Shown here: piece by piece, positions 30,213 to 32,000 of the stretch
Numbering within the stretch: the stretch's first letter is position 1
Layout: every line of letters starts with the position of its first letter
Made by a program: the position numbers and the translations under genes
The notes under the pieces: generated by a model
Seen by the model: only the letters and a program-made list of their open reading frames with translations
Told to the model about the DNA's origin: nothing
Databases searched by the model: none
Origin: Wolbachia endosymbiont of Cimex lectularius
GTDB lineage: Bacteria > Pseudomonadota > Alphaproteobacteria > Rickettsiales > Anaplasmataceae
DNA: 32,000 nucleotides
Direction: 5' to 3'
Assembly: GCF_000829315.1 (NCBI RefSeq)
Contig: NZ_AP013028.1
Location: 390,001-422,000, forward strand

Positions 30213-31412
30213 ATGCCTGCTTTACTTGGTAAAAAAAATGTTTTACCCGCTAAAATACAAGAGCTTATTCAATCTTTGAATAATAAAGAAGATTGTGATC
30301 TGTGCGGAGCTATATACAACAAGGCAACGAGAAAAAATCATAAAGGTAAAACTCTCACAAAGTACAGAGAGTTATTCGAGCAAGGGACTAGTCCTGAGGT
30401 GTTAACTAAATTAGAAAAATCGCTGAGAGAACAAATTGAATTAGAAGAATCACCAGAAGAAAAAAAGGAACATCAAAGACATTACAAGTATTATATCAAA
30501 ACCTTTCTTCCACCATTGCTACAAGAAATAACACAATCAAAAGAATTAGAACCAGAAAAAATAGAGCAAGTATTAAGAATAACTTCAGGCATTGTTAAGC
30601 AGAGTAGCGAAGAAGAATGCAGGAGCCTCCTTTTAGAGTTGCAAAAAGAAATAATAAAGTCAAAAAGGTCGACAACGTCAAAAGAGCTAATGGCAAAAAA
30701 AACGGAAATAGAAGCAACAGTTATGAGACTAATAGCTTCAGATGCTATTAGCAAGATCGTTGGTGAAAATCATCCTAATAACATTATTCAAAATCAAGGC
30801 CCTGAAAATTTAGAAATAAATGATGAAGAAGAGTTAGAGAAACCTATAGAAACTCTTGAGCTCAGTGGTGATCCAGGTAGTAGAGCAAGTTCACCCGTAC
30901 CGAGTGAGAAAAGCCCACCATCACCAGTAAGTAGGAGTGTAAGCCCAACATTAAACCATGCTAAAAAAGACGCTGGTCCACAAAAAAAAGAAACTAAGCA
31001 ACCAAAGCAGCCTGCAAAAGAAGAGCCAAAGAAGCAAGAAAATAAAATTTCAGGTGACCAAGCAGATCCAATCAGTAATGGTAATCCACAAAAAGAGGAT
31101 GAGAATCAAATGCAACCACCAAAGCAGAATCCAGAAGAAAAGCCAAAGAAGCAAGAAAATGAAAACTCAGAGCCTACAAAGCAACCCAATAACAGAAATT
31201 TTCGCATTGCACTTGCAACAGGTTGCGCTCTCTCTGCAATAGGATGTCTTATTGCCGGAGTGGTGACTTTGGGGATGGTAGGGGCAGGATTGTTGGTTAT
31301 GTCTGTAGTGCTTGCTATAGCAGCAGCAGTCACACGGTATTTAACCCCTCCTTCAAGTGAATTAACATCCACCAATTTGAGTCCTCTTATTGATGATGGT
31401 AAACAGCGGTAA
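30213..31412 (+). CDS. hypothetical 399-aa protein with Pro/Lys/Glu-rich linker and C-terminal hydrophobic hairpin; effector candidate
   Basis: Low-complexity PKKETKQPKQPAKEEPKKQENK...EEKPKKQENENSEP followed by IALATGCALSAIGCLIAGVVTLGMVGAGLLVMSVVLAIAAAV. Confidence 0.65.
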   Translation: MPALLGKKNVLPAKIQELIQSLNNKEDCDLCGAIYNKATRKNHKGKTLTKYRELFEQGTSPEVLTKLEKSLREQIELEESPEEKKEHQRHYKYYIKTFLPPLLQEITQSKELEPEKIEQVLRITSGIVKQSSEEECRSLLLELQKEIIKSKRSTTSKELMAKKTEIEATVMRLIASDAISKIVGENHPNNIIQNQGPENLEINDEEELEKPIETLELSGDPGSRASSPVPSEKSPPSPVSRSVSPTLNHAKKDAGPQKKETKQPKQPAKEEPKKQENKISGDQADPISNGNPQKEDENQMQPPKQNPEEKPKKQENENSEPTKQPNNRNFRIALATGCALSAIGCLIAGVVTLGMVGAGLLVMSVVLAIAAAVTRYLTPPSSELTSTNLSPLIDDGKQR

Positions 31413-31510
31413 AAATTAAATATATGTTACTCGTAGTGAACAAACAAATTCAGTTCTTGCCTGTTGATGTGAAAGTTGTTATAATCAGGTGGTGTTTAAA
31501 AGGTATTTAG

Positions 31511-31876
31511 TTGATGCGCATTCAATTGAATAGAGTTTTAGTTTTTATAGCCCTATTAAGCTTCATTTTTACATCATACTCAGGCGAGGCGATTCCAGTG
31601 GATAATGAACTAAAGGATATACAAGAAACGGTAAAAAATTTTATTTCTTCATTTTCAGTTAAGGATACCTTAGAAAATATGAGTCCTTCGACAATCATAG
31701 GATTATGTATAGCTGCAGTGATACTTGCAATATTGTTTAGGGGCCTGATCTTTTTCATGATAATGTTTGGTGTACTGGTCATGATGTTTGGTAGCACGGA
31801 AAGGGCAACTGACTACTTGAAAGAGAAGTTTAGTTTTGTAAAAGTAAAACCTGACAACGAAAAAGATAAAAATTAA
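31511..31876 (+). CDS. small secreted/membrane protein, 121 aa
   Basis: Signal-peptide-like N-terminus (VLVFIALLSFIFTSYSGEA) and a long hydrophobic stretch (TIIGLCIAAVILAILFRGLIFFMIMFGVLVMMFG). Confidence 0.6.
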   Translation: MMRIQLNRVLVFIALLSFIFTSYSGEAIPVDNELKDIQETVKNFISSFSVKDTLENMSPSTIIGLCIAAVILAILFRGLIFFMIMFGVLVMMFGSTERATDYLKEKFSFVKVKPDNEKDKN

Positions 31877-31911
31877 GTATCACTGCCTTTATTGAACGCA
31901 CATGATGTTGT

Positions 31912-32000
31912 ATGCAGCCAAAAATACCAGCAATTAACACTAAGCTTGAAAAAAAGAATAATCTAGCATTATTAGAAAGCATTGATTTAGACTTTATCCC
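31912..32000 (+). CDS. start of an ORF running off the window, function unknown
   Basis: ATG then MQPKIPAINTKLEKKNNLALLESIDLDFI with no stop to base 32000. Confidence 0.4.
   Translation, partial: MQPKIPAINTKLEKKNNLALLESIDLDFI

Noticed and set aside
31511-31876. VirB2/TrbC pilin assignment
   Set aside because: Signal-like N-terminus and hydrophobic region are suggestive only; no diagnostic motif seen.
1-32000. CRISPR array, rRNA or tRNA genes
   Set aside because: No regularly spaced short repeats, no rRNA-like sequence, and no convincing cloverleaf noticed by eye; a tRNA scan was not possible.

Overview
AT-rich window that looks like a Wolbachia-type (Rickettsiales/Anaplasmataceae) chromosome segment. 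This is inferred from gene content and protein sequence character; no database search was run. Housekeeping genes: M24 aminopeptidase (5'-truncated), fabH-plsX-rpmF, pheT, gap, tatC, dcd, a YihY/BrkB-type membrane protein, an SDR oxidoreductase, lepA, malonyl-CoA decarboxylase, cytochrome b561 and a nitronate monooxygenase-like protein. They are interspersed with mobile DNA. The mobile DNA comprises an IS4-type transposase remnant; four 860-bp IS5-type copies, one inserted inside another; and two 1382-bp IS110-type copies in opposite orientation, both sitting in ParE/RelE-like toxin genes. There are three paralogous toxin-antitoxin loci plus an orphan upstream module, three copies of a ~450-bp non-coding repeat, and several short interspersed repeats. 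The most interesting signal is the IS110 pair. One empty site can be rebuilt in frame to base resolution, and the two target sites resemble each other. The structured left end contains a loop segment (AGATATCAA) matching the reverse complement of the right target flank, as expected for a bridge-RNA target guide. Both copies carry the same in-frame stop and C-terminal frameshift.
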